A DNA stretch of 63,797 bases, filler included, from Octopus bimaculoides (taxonomy: Eukaryota): the NCBI RefSeq assembly GCF_001194135.2. It is 6 parts of 6 records of this genome, joined end to end, with 100 filler letters (N's around TTAATTAATTAA, not from the genome) between each part and the next. Parts side by side here need not be neighbours in the genome. Positions count along the whole stretch, not along the records: positions 1 to 13,901 come from NC_068993.1; 5 more parts are not named here. One strand, written 5' to 3'. The position numbers and the translations under genes were made by a program. Of the stretch, positions 1-12,865 are shown piece by piece. How positions within the stretch are numbered: the stretch's first letter is position 1; each line of letters starts with the position of its first letter. Under the pieces are notes generated by a model. It was given only the letters and a program-made list of their open reading frames with translations, ran no database searches and was not told the origin of the DNA.

Positions 1-480
1 GGTGGTGGTAGTAGTGGTGGTGGTGGTAGTAGTAGTGGTGGTGGTGGTAGTAGTAGTAGTAGTAGTGGTGGTGATGGTGGTGATGGTAGTAGTAGTGGTA
101 GTGGTGGTGATGATAGTAGTAGCAGTGGTGGTGCTGGTGGAAGTGATGATGGTAGTAGTAGTAGTAATGGTGGTGGTAGAAGTAGTAGTGGTGGTGGTGG
201 AGTTGGTAATGGTAGTAGTAGTGGTGGTGGTGGTGGTGATGTTAGTAGTAGTGGTGGTGGTGATGGTGGTGATAGTAGTAGTAGTAGTGGTGGTGATGGT
301 AGTGGTGCTAGTAGTAGTAGTAGTAGTAGTAGTAGTACTAGTAGCAGTAGTATTACCACCACCATCACCACTAGCACCATAACACCACCAACATTACCTA
401 CGCAAGCAGTATTATAACCACTAGCATCACCACCACCATCACCACCACCACCACTACAAACCAACACTACTACTAGTCGC
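1..480. repeat. Compound trinucleotide microsatellite (GGT/AGT)n switching to (ACC/ACT)n
   Basis: Direct inspection. Confidence 0.95.
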
Positions 481-727
481 GCCGCTAACTCCCCCTCCAC
501 AAACACCACTTCTGCTACCACTTGTACAAAAGTTACCTGCTGTCGCTTACGTAGCAATTCTATCTTTGGGGGGGTCACTCAACGCTAACCGGTCGGACGT
601 CTTCCCAAATTCTCAAGATGGCATTTCAATCATTTCGTTCACAGCGTATTTTCCCATGCTCCTTTTACGTACACAATATTACTAACAACAATACATAATT
701 ACACATAAACACATCATGCTAATTATA

Positions 728-953
728 TAATCCTTTCTATTAAAGGCACAAGGCTTGGAATTTGTGGGGAGGGGCACTAGTCGATTACATCAACCCCCAC
801 CAGTGTTTCACTGGTATTTAATTTATCGAACTCCCGAAAGGATGATAGGCCAAAGTCGACTTCGGCAGAATTTGAACTCAGAACGTAAAGACTGACGAAA
901 TGTCATCTTAAGCATTTCGCCCGGCCTGCCGACCATTCTGCCAACTTGCCGCC
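728..953 (-). mobile_element. SINE family A
   Basis: Reverse complement of gcggcgagctggcagaatcgttagcacgccgg...gttctgagttcaaattcc...ggggtcgataaattaagtaccag; more than 12 copies in the window. Confidence 0.85.
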
Positions 954-1008
<55 letters not shown>

Positions 1009-2000
1009 GCAACCATACTCTGGGATATGCCAATACACACAGATAGAGAAATTAAGGCAAATAGACCAGATANNNNNNNNNNNNNNNNNNNNNNNNNNNN
1101 NNNNNNNNNNNNNNNNNNNNNNNNNNNNNNNNNNNNNNNNNNNNNNNNNNNNNNNNNNNNNNNNNNNNNNNNNNNNNNNNNNNNNNNNNNNNNNNNNNNN
1201 NNNNNNNNNNNNNNNNNNNNNNNNNNNNNNNNNNNNNNNNNNNNNNNNNNNNNNNNNNNNNNNNNNNNNNNNNNNNNNNNNNNNNNNNNNNNNNNNNNNN
1301 NNNNNNNNNNNNNNNNNNNNNNNNNNNNNNNNNNNNNNNNNNNNNNNNNNNNNNNNNNNNNNNNNNNNNNNNNNNNNNNNNNNNNNNNNNNNNNNNNNNN
1401 NNNNNNNNNNNNNNNNNNNNNNNNNNNNNNNNNNNNNNNNNNNNNNNNNNNNNNNNNNNNNNNNNNNNNNNNNNNNNNNNNNNNNNNNNNNNNNNNNNNN
1501 NNNNNNNNNNNNNNNNNNNNNNNNNNNNNNNNNNNNNNNNNNNNNNNNNNNNNNNNNNNNNNNNNNNNNNNNNNNNNNNNNNNNNNNNNNNNNNNNNNNN
1601 NNNNNNNNNNNNNNNNNNNNNNNNNNNNNNNNNNNNNNNNNNNNNNNNNNNNNNNNNNNNNNNNNNNNNNNNNNNNNNNNNNNNNNNNNNNNNNNNNNNN
1701 NNNNNNNNNNNNNNNNNNNNNNNNNNNNNNNNNNNNNNNNNNNNNNNNNNNNNNNNNNNNNNNNNNNNNNNNNNNNNNNNNNNNNNNNNNNNNNNNNNNN
1801 NNNNNNNNNNNNNNNNNNNNNNNNNNNNNNNNNNNNNNNNNNNNNNNNNNNNNNNNNNNNNNNNNNNNNNNNNNNNNNNNNNNNNNTATGGTACCCTAGG
1901 CATAACACCTACATGAACTTCTAACTTGTTGTCTCTTGAGGTCTCTGGGTGAGACTTGGATCCAACTTGTACAAATGCAAAACAAAATTCAAACATAAAA
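1009..2000 (+). mobile_element. 5'-truncated R4/Dong-like RLE non-LTR retrotransposon (interior in an N gap)
   Basis: TILWDMPIHTDREIKANRPD (start of the restriction-like endonuclease) begins directly after (TAA)n 955-1008; the putative 3' UTR ends in (TAA)n 2001-2080. Confidence 0.7.
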
Positions 2001-2020
2001 TAATAATAATAATAATAATG

Positions 2021-2080
<60 letters not shown>

Positions 2081-2081
<1 letters not shown>

Positions 2082-2465
2082 GTCTTTCATTCATTGGACT
2101 GCGGCCATGCTGGGGCACCGGTTTGAAGGGTTTTAGTCGATCACATCGATTTCACTATTTATTTATTTATTTGTTTAGTTTTCGTACTTTTTCTATCGGG
2201 CACTTACTACAGGACCGCTAAGTTACGAGCACTTAAACAAACCAACAACGGCTGTCAAGCAAGCGGCGGGGAGAGAGATAAACACAGACACAGAGACACA
2301 AATATTCGCTCTCTCTTTCTCACGCACACACACAACGCTTTCACGCAGTTCCGATTACCAATTTGTCTCATAAGGTCTGGGGCTGTAGAAGACACTTGCC
2401 CAAGGTACCACACGGTAAGATTGAACTCAAAACCACATTGTTACGAAGCAAGCTTCTAAACCACA
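2081..2465 (-). mobile_element. SINE family C with internal microsatellite
   Basis: tRNA-like head, then microsatellite, then 3' half ending catggccgcagtc..atgactgaaac. Confidence 0.75.
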
Positions 2466-4320
2466 CGAAAACTTTATAAATTAGATCACCTGAAAACAAA
2501 GGCTTCGTGTCGTAGAATCAGAGGCGGTTTTAGGCGGGTTGGTCTCAAAATAGACAAATGTTTAGTTCGACTCTGAAATAACACTATTTCTTTTACAATC
2601 TTTCAATGTAAAGTGCATCAGAATTTATTCTTTTATTCGATTTCTAGCGCGTCTTGAAGTTAAAAAAAAAAAAGAGATCCCGACGAAGAGGCTCCTTCGT
2701 AACAAACACATTGTGTTCAACATTGGCTGTCTTAGTTCACGTCGTGTATTTCGTGGGAAACGTACCTGAGAATTCATACGTAGGATGTATTCGTTGTCGT
2801 CTTTATAATATGTGCAGAATTTTCACAGAGATGATAATGGCAGCACTTCCGGTTTTCTGTATTGCATTTTGTAATAATTCGGGCTTTATTTAATGTAAGT
2901 TATTTATTCATTTATATATTTATTTGAGCTGCTTTGTTCTGGCTGATTGATATGTGAGAGAATCCTGTCGGATTTCTCCAATGTTTCTGACGTCTTTAAA
3001 CATTTTATGCACAGCCATCGTTTACAAATATATTCTCTCACACACGGAGTTGCTCTGCGTTGTTGGTCCCATTGTTTTTCTGTGTTGACGTACTTTCAGC
3101 CCGTGACTATCTTATCGCATTTTCTTACTTTCTTTTCTTTCCTTTTCTTCTCTCTCATTTTCTTTTTCTGACCGTCATCTATTATATATAGTCTTTCTTT
3201 CATAAAATGCTAAGTAATGTGTGCTTTGAGGAAGATCTGGCTGCCACTTCCAGCACATCAAATGACCACACTTAACTGACTCGTTCGTATGGCATGTGTC
3301 ATTAAAAAAAGAAAAATGCTTCAAATTTTCGCACGAGGCCAGGAATTTTGAGGGGAGGGGCAAGTCGATTACATCAAACCCAGAACTTGACTGCTACTTT
3401 TTTTATCGACCCTGAAAAGATGAAAGGCTAAAGTAACTTCGGCAGGATTCGAAATCAGAAAACAAAGACCCGAAATACTGCCTTGTGATATTTCTTCCCG
3501 TTCTTTATGCTCTGAGTTCAAATCCCGCTGAAGACAACTTTATCTGTGTGCGCTTTTTATGATTCCGCTAGTTTCAAAAATCGGTATTGTTTGTGCTGTA
3601 TCCGTTTATGAGGCACGACTTAGCTGTTCGTCGAATGACTGTCGATAAAATAAATACCAGTCTGTGATAGAAATTCTATGCTTGATATTACCGACTAAAA
3701 CTTAGAAGGCGTTGCCCCAGCATGGCCGTGGTTTAATGACTGAAAATAGTAAAATAATAGAAGAATGTGGGTGTGTGTGTGTGTATGTGGGTGTGTGGGT
3801 GTATGTGGGTGTGTGTGTGTATGTGGGTGTGTATGTGTGCGTTTGTGTGGAGGTGTGATGTGTGTGTGTGAACATACACACACATGTACACATCCACAAC
3901 ACATAACCTACATTAAATTTATAAACATTTACCTGTTTTAACTACACGATTAACCTTTTAAAATAACATAATTGCTTAAAATTTACAGATCTCGAGTTTC
4001 TATTACACATGGCGTAGGTATTCCGTTTCGATTCCATTTAACGACAGGCTATTAGCTTAGTTCTTCAGAATTTCGCTGCATTATAAATGAACGAGAAAAG
4101 ACTGCTTGTATACAAGGATCGCCAATACTACATCCGCGTAAATTTGAGTAAATTTCCACATCTTTGGTTTATTATATAAACGTGTGTATGTGTGTTGCAC
4201 ACATGTTTAGGTGCGCTTGCCACTTTTTTTCGCTCCCCAACTCTCTCTCTCTCTCTCTTTCGCTTTACACACATATACGCGCGCGCGCGGACAAAAACAG
4301 ACAAATACACACACATACGT

Positions 4321-4702
4321 TGTTGTTGGCACTCCGTCGCTTACGACGTCGAGGGTTCCAGTTGATCTGATCAACGGAACAGCCTGCTCGTGAAATTAAC
4401 GTGCAAGTGGCTGAGCACTCCACAGACACGTGTACCCTTAACGTAGTTCTCGGGGATATTCAGCATGACACAGTGTGACAAGGCTGACCCTTTGAATTAC
4501 AGGCACAACAGAAACAGGAAGTAAGAGTGAGAGAAAGTTGTGGTGAAAGGTACAGCAGGGTTCGCTACCATCCCCTGCCGGAGCCTCGTGGTGCTTTTAG
4601 GTGTTTTCGATCAATAAACACTCACAACGCCCGGTCTGGGAATCGAAACCGCGATCCTATGACCGCGAGTTCGCTGCTCTAACCACTGGGCCATTGCGCC
4701 TA
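4321..4702 (-). mobile_element. tRNA-derived SINE family B, full length
   Basis: Reverse complement of 36315-36700 at high identity; A box TGGCCCAGTGG, B box GGTTTCGATTCCC. Confidence 0.9.
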
Positions 4703-5469
4703 CACTCACACACATACGTATGTAGACACAAACCCTCACAATGTCTCTGTGTTGCGCGCACGCGCGTGTCTGTGTAGGCGAGTGTATATATTGAGTGTGA
4801 TGAAAGAAAGAAAGAAAGAAATAAAGAAGGAAATATGTAAGAATAAGTTTATTGGAATCTATAGCGTTTGTGATTGGAATCTGTAGTCTTCAGAAAAGAA
4901 ATTGGTGAATTAGACTTTGAATGGTGCGTTTTGGGATGTCAGCGGGTTTAGAAATAGCTTTCATACAAATCTGCTAATTATAGTCACACGTAAGATTACA
5001 ATCCACGGTGGATGTAGACAATAACGAGGCATAAAAAGGATAACATACATACATGTATGCATAGTGATTGCTCCATCTTCACAGACGATTGCAATCTCCT
5101 TTCGCTTCCTTATCGTCTACAGCCGTTCTGACGTTCCGTCCATGACCTCTCAGGTGGCTATTCAGCCCGTTGTAGATCGGCATGTTTTTTTTTTTTGAAG
5201 GGTAACTGACGGATGAAAGTTGTAACTTACTGTGCGCTTCCATGTGGTTGCATCTCCACACGTCGCCACACGAGTACCACACGCGTGTCACTCTTTGGGT
5301 TTCCGTGATTGGTATCTAGTGACAGGCCGAAGCGAGATGATCAGTTATCACGTGGAGTCGCAGATGTTACATCAGAGTATCTCTCCCTGTGATAACAGCT
5401 AGGAGTCTCTCGCTCCCGGTGGTTTTACTGCGTGCCCTGACACCAACATACATACATACATACATACCT

Positions 5470-5645
5470 CTTTCTTCCGGTCATTTCATCATATTGAACC
5501 GTTTCCCCGCCTCTTAGTCCTTTCTGTTGAAATGCGTAGGCTCGAAACATCAAAGACTTTTCCAATCTTCCTGGGCGTCAAACTAATACACCTTGCTGTT
5601 GTTCCCCCACCTGCCTTCGTCTTTAATTTTCTGTAAATTTGAACC
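5470..5645 (+). mobile_element. Second copy of the Penelope-type repeat with a decayed hammerhead
   Basis: cctttCTGTTGAaatgcgtaggctcGAAAcatcaaagac followed by the same downstream sequence; flanked by (CATA)n arrays. Confidence 0.6.
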
Positions 5646-5675
5646 ATACATACATACATACATACATACATACCT

Positions 5676-5964
5676 CAGACCTGGATGGAAAGCACTCAGC
5701 ATACAAAAAGGACTATGCATGGGTAGGTTGCCCGGAAGCTTGAAGAAGACTGTAGAATTGACACGAAGCGCAGCCCCTCTTAGACACAAGAGCACTATAT
5801 CACATCACACTTTGAAGGCTATGCGTTTGCAATCCAGGAACAGGAGATTGCCACAAAGTACCTGGTGAACAAGAGAGACAGTGACGCTCTTGTAATCCCA
5901 AGGTGCAACCGCATGTGTAGGCCATCTCATGCTTCTGTGGAAGACATCGCGCATGTGATTAGCA
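5676..5964 (+). mobile_element. Degenerate R4/Dong-like LINE fragment (region before and into the CCHC knuckle)
   Basis: MHG*...HFEGYAFAIQEQEIATKYL...CNRMCR...VEDIAHVIS with internal stops; matches the R4-clade EG...AIQ(D/E)Q motif. Confidence 0.7.
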
Positions 5965-6084
5965 AGAAAGGATAATTTCCAACTCACGACTTTAGGACCG
6001 TGAGCCGAATACCCTAACCACTAAGCTACGCCTCTTCACTGCAGAATGCTATGCGAGGCTCATTTTACACCATGGATGTATAAT

Positions 6085-6297
6085 AATCCTTTCTACTATA
6101 GGCACAAGGCCTGGAATTTGTGGGGAGGGGGATAGTCGATTACATCGACCCCAGTACTTGACTGGTACTTAATTTATCGACCTCGAAAGGCTGAAAGGCA
6201 AAGTCGACTTCAGAGGAATTTGAACTCAGAACGTAGCGACGGGCGAAATACCGTTAAACAATTCGTCCGCCGTGCTAACGATTCTGCCAGCTCGCCG
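6085..6297 (-). mobile_element. SINE family A
   Basis: As above. Confidence 0.85.
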
Positions 6298-7750
6298 CGT
6301 TGTGTGAATAATAGCGTTTACACAACACCACACCAATGTATCAAAAGTGTAAAAACGTGTGGAAACAATTGTAGTGGGTTTTTAAATAACGATTGTTCAT
6401 TCCAGCTTCCTTTCATTTATCCATATATATATAAGCATGAATATATGTATATATTCATGTATGAATGTATATATGTATGCGTGCAAGCATGCATAAAATA
6501 TGCATGTTACTGTCATACATTAGAGACCAGAGACCTGTAGACTCCACAAAGGAGACAAGTGGTTTGACTTGCCTAAGGAGTGATATCTAGTGATTCCGTC
6601 ATAATTTACAAACCCATTTATAACATCTCCTATTGATTGCATTCTATTATAATGTGCGTGTGTGTATGTATATGTGTGTAAACGAATGCGCATATATGCA
6701 TGTATGTATACGTATTTAATTATGTATGTTTATATATATATATATATATATATNNNNNNNNNNNNNNNNNNNNNNNNNNNNNNNNNNNNNNNNNNNNNNN
6801 NNNNNNNNNNNNNNNNNNNNNNNNNNNNTATATATATAATTATATGTGTGTGTGTATGCATGTATGTATATATGCATTTACACTGGAGGCTAACGTAATG
6901 CAGCGAGTCAAAATGAATTTTTATTATCAATTGAAATTAAAGCCTTTATGTGGAGAAAATTAATTAGCGTTAATGACATATCGTGTGAAGAAAAATAAGG
7001 GAACTCCGAAACTTAAATTGATTAAACACTAAATGGTGACAGGAAGCAAGAGAAGAAGTCCTCTGAAGTTTGGTGAGTACAATGACTGCTTTGGACATGT
7101 TCTTGTTTTATAAATGAGTTTCCGTATGATGAATATCCAAGTTGAAACTCCAGGCACAGACCTTCACTGCCTCGTGAGTATCTTGGAAAAAGAAAAAGCT
7201 CGGAGAGTTAACCTGGACAGCAAATCAAGGAGTGGGGTTCCTTAAGCGGATCGGTGCCACCTTTGACACCCTTGCGGCATCTCTAGAGTAGGTGGAGTTC
7301 TTCAGCTCTGTAACGCAATTGACCTAAGTGAAGGCCACTCCAATGTAAAACCTACAGTTTACTGGTCACACTGCACCAGTCTTAGCCTGTTGAGCCACTG
7401 TGGCCAGACCTCCAAGTCTATAAAGTAGGATCGGATTGCGCCGAGTGACTCTCACTTGAAAACTACTAATTACAGACAGGAAGAAAACCCTCTGCAGTAT
7501 CAAGGATTTGTTCACATAGACACCTGAGGGCAAGCTCTTTCTTATGATCTTTGGATACAGGAATTGTGATGTAGGTATTAATGAACTGTATGCATGTATG
7601 TAATGTATGTTTATTATATATGTATGGTATATATGTATATAATGTCTTATGTAATTTACGCGTATTATGTATATGTGTAAGGTGTGCATGTATATTTGAA
7701 CTATGCATGTACGCACGCGGCATGCATGCTTGTATATGTATATTTATACG

Positions 7751-7810
<60 letters not shown>

Positions 7811-8159
7811 TGTTTGTATCTATCTATCTATGTATACGTGTGTGTATGCGTGTATATATGCGTGTATTTGTATATTTATGCGTTTACACACACACACGCA
7901 TATATATATATATATATATATATGCACGTACATATACGTATGTGTATGTGAGTTTGTTTATTTGTATGCATGTCTGTGTATGTGTGTGTGAGTGTGTATG
8001 CATATGTATGGGTGTGTAAGATAATGAGTCTCGGATCCATTTGTTTTATATATCACACACACACTCGTATGCGACCGTACCTGTCTGCATGCGAGTGTGT
8101 GTGTGAGTGTGTGTGTGTGTTCAGGTACAGTAAGTGGTATAGGAAGAAACTTTACAACT

Positions 8160-9870
8160 ATCGATTCCACCACCACCACTTCGAACTACCCTCAGAAATA
8201 CAAATGATATCACCAACACCATTACTACTACTATTACTACTACTACATTATGGGAGCAAATAAAAAATAGAGAAACCACCATCATCATCATCCTCACCGC
8301 CACCATCTTATACCCGTTACTACCCTACATCTACTCCACCGCAATACCCACCACCACCACCACCACCACCACCATCACAATCCCTCCTATTACCACACTA
8401 CATCCATCATCATCACTATCATCATCTCCCCCACCCACCCCCGCCGACCATCATCGCTAATATCAAAGACAACAACAACAATTACAACAGCAACAACAGC
8501 GAGGAAACTTCTCTGCGTCCGCTCAATCCGCTAGAAAGAGCAGCTCAAACGGACGCAATTTGAGAGAAAAAAAGAAGTGGGGGAAAAAAACGGCGTGATG
8601 GTCATGATTTGATTGTCTTTGATTATAGGTTATGTCGATCATAGGGTTACATAACAACAATAATAACGATCATCATTCTCATTAACACGACTACTACCGA
8701 AACCACAACCAAGGACGTACCACTAGCACCAACACCACCACAACAATTTGCTGCAAGCAACACCACTATCACCTAAACTAACACACCTGTACACCATTAC
8801 AACTACTACCAATACCATGGATATTAACACTCCAGCCACTACTATTACCATGACCACTACCATATACATCACTACCGCCTACACCACCACAATAATCTAC
8901 TACTACTACTGCTACTACTACTACTACTACTACTACTACGCTTCTCCACCACTACCATCACCACCCACACTACTACCACAAGAACCATCATATTTCTCTG
9001 TTACTAACACTACAACCGGTATCACTACACCAATGTAATACTACCACCAGCACTGCGCTACCTCTTCACTACTACTACTACTACTACTATTACTACGAAC
9101 GCACCAATACCGTCAGCACTACCACACCAGTCTACCACTAGCACTAATACCACAACAACCACCAACACCAGAACCACCAAAATGACCGCACCACTCAAAC
9201 ACTACTGCCAACACCACGGTACCACTACTCCCATCGCCACCAGCATTTCAAGTTTGCACTGAAACCAAGGCAGGAGATTGTATGTGGTCACTCAATCTGC
9301 TAGAAATAGTAGTCAAATCTCCCTTAAATCACACCCACCATCTTTAAAAAGAAAAAAAAACGAAGCAAAAGACAGATTGAACAATGTAGTATGAGATACT
9401 GTAGTATGTGATACACAGGATGGTCACGGCTGGAATGCTTTTGAGTACACGTCTTTTCGATCAAGGCTGACCTGGCGCGAAACGACATACAACACTGCTA
9501 ACACTACCACCGCCGCCGCCGCCACCAGCGTGACTAGCACCACAACAAAGATAACGGCGACGAAACGCCAAATCCCCACCACCACCATCACCACAACTAA
9601 TAACAATACCAGCAGCAGCAGTATCTCTATAACCGGCATCATCAGTGTCACTATCAAACACAGCAACCGTATCGGTATAACTGTCATCATCAGTACTACT
9701 ATCACTATCACCAACAGAACCATCGCTACAACAAGAGCTACCGCTATCATATCACCCTTGCCACTTAGACGCACCATTGCCGACCAACAACGAAGCAGCA
9801 GCAGTAGAAGCAGCAGCAGCAGCAATGGTTACAGCAGCAGCAGCAGTAGCAAGGGCAGTAGAGGCAGCAA
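8160..9870. repeat. Long degenerate trinucleotide low-complexity block (ACT/ACC/AAC/AGC) with two embedded related repeat remnants (about 8505-8650 and 9270-9480)
   Basis: Direct inspection; both embedded pieces share tcaat..gctagaaa.ag and gatggtca.g...tg motifs. Confidence 0.8.
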
Positions 9871-10130
9871 AGCGAGATTGAGAAAGCCAGCAACCTTCAG
9901 CCAAGTCAGAGAGAAAGGTTTTAATGGAACTAACTATAAATTCTTGTATCGCAGCAATAGCGAACTAGAAGCAGGGAACCACGGCGAAGAGTGAACGCGA
10001 GCCAGCCGCTGCAACCTCATCCTCGTTTCGTATTATCATTAACACTTACACATATTTACAACTGTGCGTGTGTGTGTCTGTGTGTATGTATATAGATATA
10101 AATATACATACTAATACATATGTATATATT

Positions 10131-10195
<65 letters not shown>

Positions 10196-10232
10196 ATGTA
10201 TGAACACACACAGAGACACACAGGCACATACA

Positions 10233-10293
<61 letters not shown>

Positions 10294-10621
10294 TTAAGGA
10301 ATGGAATGTGATCTTTGCTACCTTGGTTTCTATTAACCCATTTNNNNNNNNNNNNNNNNNNNNNNNNNNNNNNNNNNNNNNNNNNNNNNNNNNNNNNNNN
10401 NNNNNNNNNNNNNNNNNNNNNNNNNNNNNNNNNNNNNNNNNNNNNNNNNNNNNNNNNNNNNNNNNNNNNNNNNNNNNNNNNNNNNNNNNNNNNNNNNNNN
10501 NNNNNNNNNNNNNNNNNNNNNNNNNNNNNNNNNNNNNNNNNNNNNNNNNNNNNNNNNNNNNNNNNNNNNNNNNNNNNNNNNNNNNNNNNNNNATATATAT
10601 ATATATATATATACATGTATG

Positions 10622-11006
10622 CATAATCTTTTATTCTTTTATTTGTTTAACTCATTATACTGCGGCCATGCTGGAGCACCGCCTTTGCTTGAGCAAATCG
10701 ACCCCAGGACTTATTCTTTGTAAGCCTAGTACTTATTCTATCGGGCTCTTGTGCCGAACCGCTATGTTACAGGGACGTAAACACACTAACATTGGTTGTC
10801 AAGCGATGGTGGGGGACAAATACACACACACCTATATATATACATATATGACAGGCTTCTTTCAGTTTCCGTCTACCAAATCCACTCACAAGGCTCTGGG
10901 CGGTCCAGGCTATTGTAGAAGACACTTGCCCAAAAGTGCCACGCAGTGGAACTGAACCCAGAGCCATGTGGTTGGAAAGCAAGCCTCTTAGCACATAGCC
11001 ACTCCT
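10622..11006 (-). mobile_element. SINE family C with internal microsatellite
   Basis: Reverse complement of the 34969-35370 organisation. Confidence 0.8.
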
Positions 11007-11486
11007 ATAATATATGCACAAGCGTAAACAGGCACATATATGTACGTATGTATGTATGTATGTATGTATGTATGTATGTATGTATGTATATATCTATCTA
11101 TCTATCTGTATGTATGTGTATATGCATGTGCGCGCGCGTGTGTGTGTAAATTCAACACAGTACTTATTTCACACTTACGTACTTATTTTATCGATATCTA
11201 ATTATCGAATTGCTACGGTAATCGACATCAAAAGAAGACGAAGCACAAGCTATAAGCAACACCGAAATAAAAGCACTCACTCACACAGACACACACACAC
11301 ACATACGCACGCGCGCGCACAAATACAGATAGACAGCAACAACTATCACTTATAGAATTCAAATAGAAGGATTTGGGTAACGTTTTCAACACCAGTTGTA
11401 GAACTGTTTGATAAATGCCATGCACGAAACAGTCACTGCAAGACGTACAATACACACGTACGAAAATATGGTGTGAACTACATATA

Positions 11487-11519
<33 letters not shown>

Positions 11520-12724
11520 NNNNNNNNNNNNNNNNNNNNNNNNNNNNNNNNNNNNNNNNNNNNNNNNNNNNNNNNNNNNNNNNNNNNNNNNNNNNNNNNN
11601 NNNNNNNNNNNNNNNNNNNNNNNNNNNNNNNNNNNNNNNNNNNNNNNNNNNNNNNNNNNNNNNNNNNNNNNNNNNNNNNNNNNNNNNNNNNNNNNNNNNN
11701 NNNNNNNNNNNNNNNNNNNNNNNNNNNNNNNNNNNNNNNNNNNNNNNNNNNNNNNNNNNNNNNNNNNNNNNNNNNNNNNNNNNNNNNNNNNNNNNNNNNN
11801 NNNNNNNNNNNNNNNNNNNNNNNNNNNNNNNNNNNNNNNNNNNNNNNNNNNNNNNNNNNNNNNNNNNNNNNNNNNNNNNNNNNNNNNNNNNNNNNNNNNN
11901 NNNNNNNNNNNNNNNNNNNNNNNNNNNNNNNNNNNNNNNNNNNNNNNNNNNNNNNNNNNNNNNNNNNNNNNNNNNNNNNNNNNNNNNNNNNNNNNNNNNN
12001 NNNNNNNNNNNNNNNNNNNNNNNNNNNNNNNNNNNNNNNNNNNNNNNNNNNNNNNNNNNNNNNNNNNNNNNNNNNNNNNNNNNNNNNNNNNNNNNNNNNN
12101 NNNNNNNNNNNNNNNNNNNNNNNNNNNNNNNNNNNNNNNNNNNNNNNNNNNNNCAATACACACGTACGAAAATATGGTGTGAACTACATATATATATGTA
12201 TATATATATATATTTATAGGTGTGTGTATGCGTGTATTTGTGTGAATGTCTCTATGCATGTAACAAATTAACAAATTGCATGAAGATGACCCATTTTTGA
12301 CATTTTTCGGAGGTCATTTCCTGCAGTGGAAATTTCACTGAAATTCTGGCAAATTTACAAGATACCAATGCGCGCGCGCACACACACACATTGTATATTG
12401 TGTGTGTTGGTTTCGTCTTGTGTTGTCAACACCAAAAATATGGACAGCAAATTTAAATACATTATCTAACATAAAATATTAAGTGTTAGCTAACATCATT
12501 CAATGGGAGAAGAAGAAGGAGAGACAATTCGGAACATTTCTTCTTCAGAGTTCTCGTCAGCTGAAATATGGCAACTGTCGTTCTCTCGTAACCATGTATC
12601 TAATTTATTTAATATATATACGTGGACATAGAATACATCAAGTAGAATATATCACTAGCTCAAATTTGGGGGAGGGAGATAGTTGATTACATAGATCCCA
12701 GTACTGTGTGTGTATGTATATACA

Positions 12725-12865
12725 CGGATGTGTAAACAACAAGCAGATGTATTTGTTTAACGCTCGGGAAGTGAGAAAGTCTTTTACGTTTCGAGCCTAC
12801 GCTCTTCGTCAGAAAGGAACACAGAAATAAATAGGATGAAAAGCCCGCTGTGTATGCGGGCTTAT
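12725..12865 (-). mobile_element. Penelope-like/retrozyme-like repeat carrying the hammerhead
   Basis: Homologous to 5515-5645 (+) and 33340-33420 (+); the minimal hammerhead is the recognised signature of Penelope pseudo-LTRs. Confidence 0.6.
12779..12818 (-). ncRNA. Minimal type I hammerhead ribozyme motif in a Penelope-type repeat
   Basis: Minus strand reads CTTT-CTGACGA-A-GAGC-GTAG-GCTC-GAAA-C-GTA-AAAG: full catalytic core, 4-bp helix II, loopless palindromic helix III, 4-bp helix I. Confidence 0.75.

Noticed and set aside
2-382. Poly-Val ORF and many similar YI, VC, HT, poly-I and poly-L ORFs, plus X-filled ORFs
   Set aside because: Translations of microsatellites or N gaps.
2680-2705. 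cccgacgaagaggctccttcgtaac, hammerhead-like
   Set aside because: Both core halves are mutated (CCGACGA, GTAA) and there is no helix I.
5231-5315. Possible minus-strand exon IPITETQRVTRVWYSCGDVWRCNHMEAH with a gtaagt donor
   Set aside because: Weak acceptor, phase incompatible with the Sushi exon, no recognisable domain.
9530-9994. 154-aa Thr/Ser-rich mucin-like ORF
   Set aside because: Lies in a degenerate trinucleotide block; no splice or domain support.
11445-12215. About 60-bp direct repeat flanking a 630-N gap
   Set aside because: Likely overlapping contig ends at an (AT)n tract.
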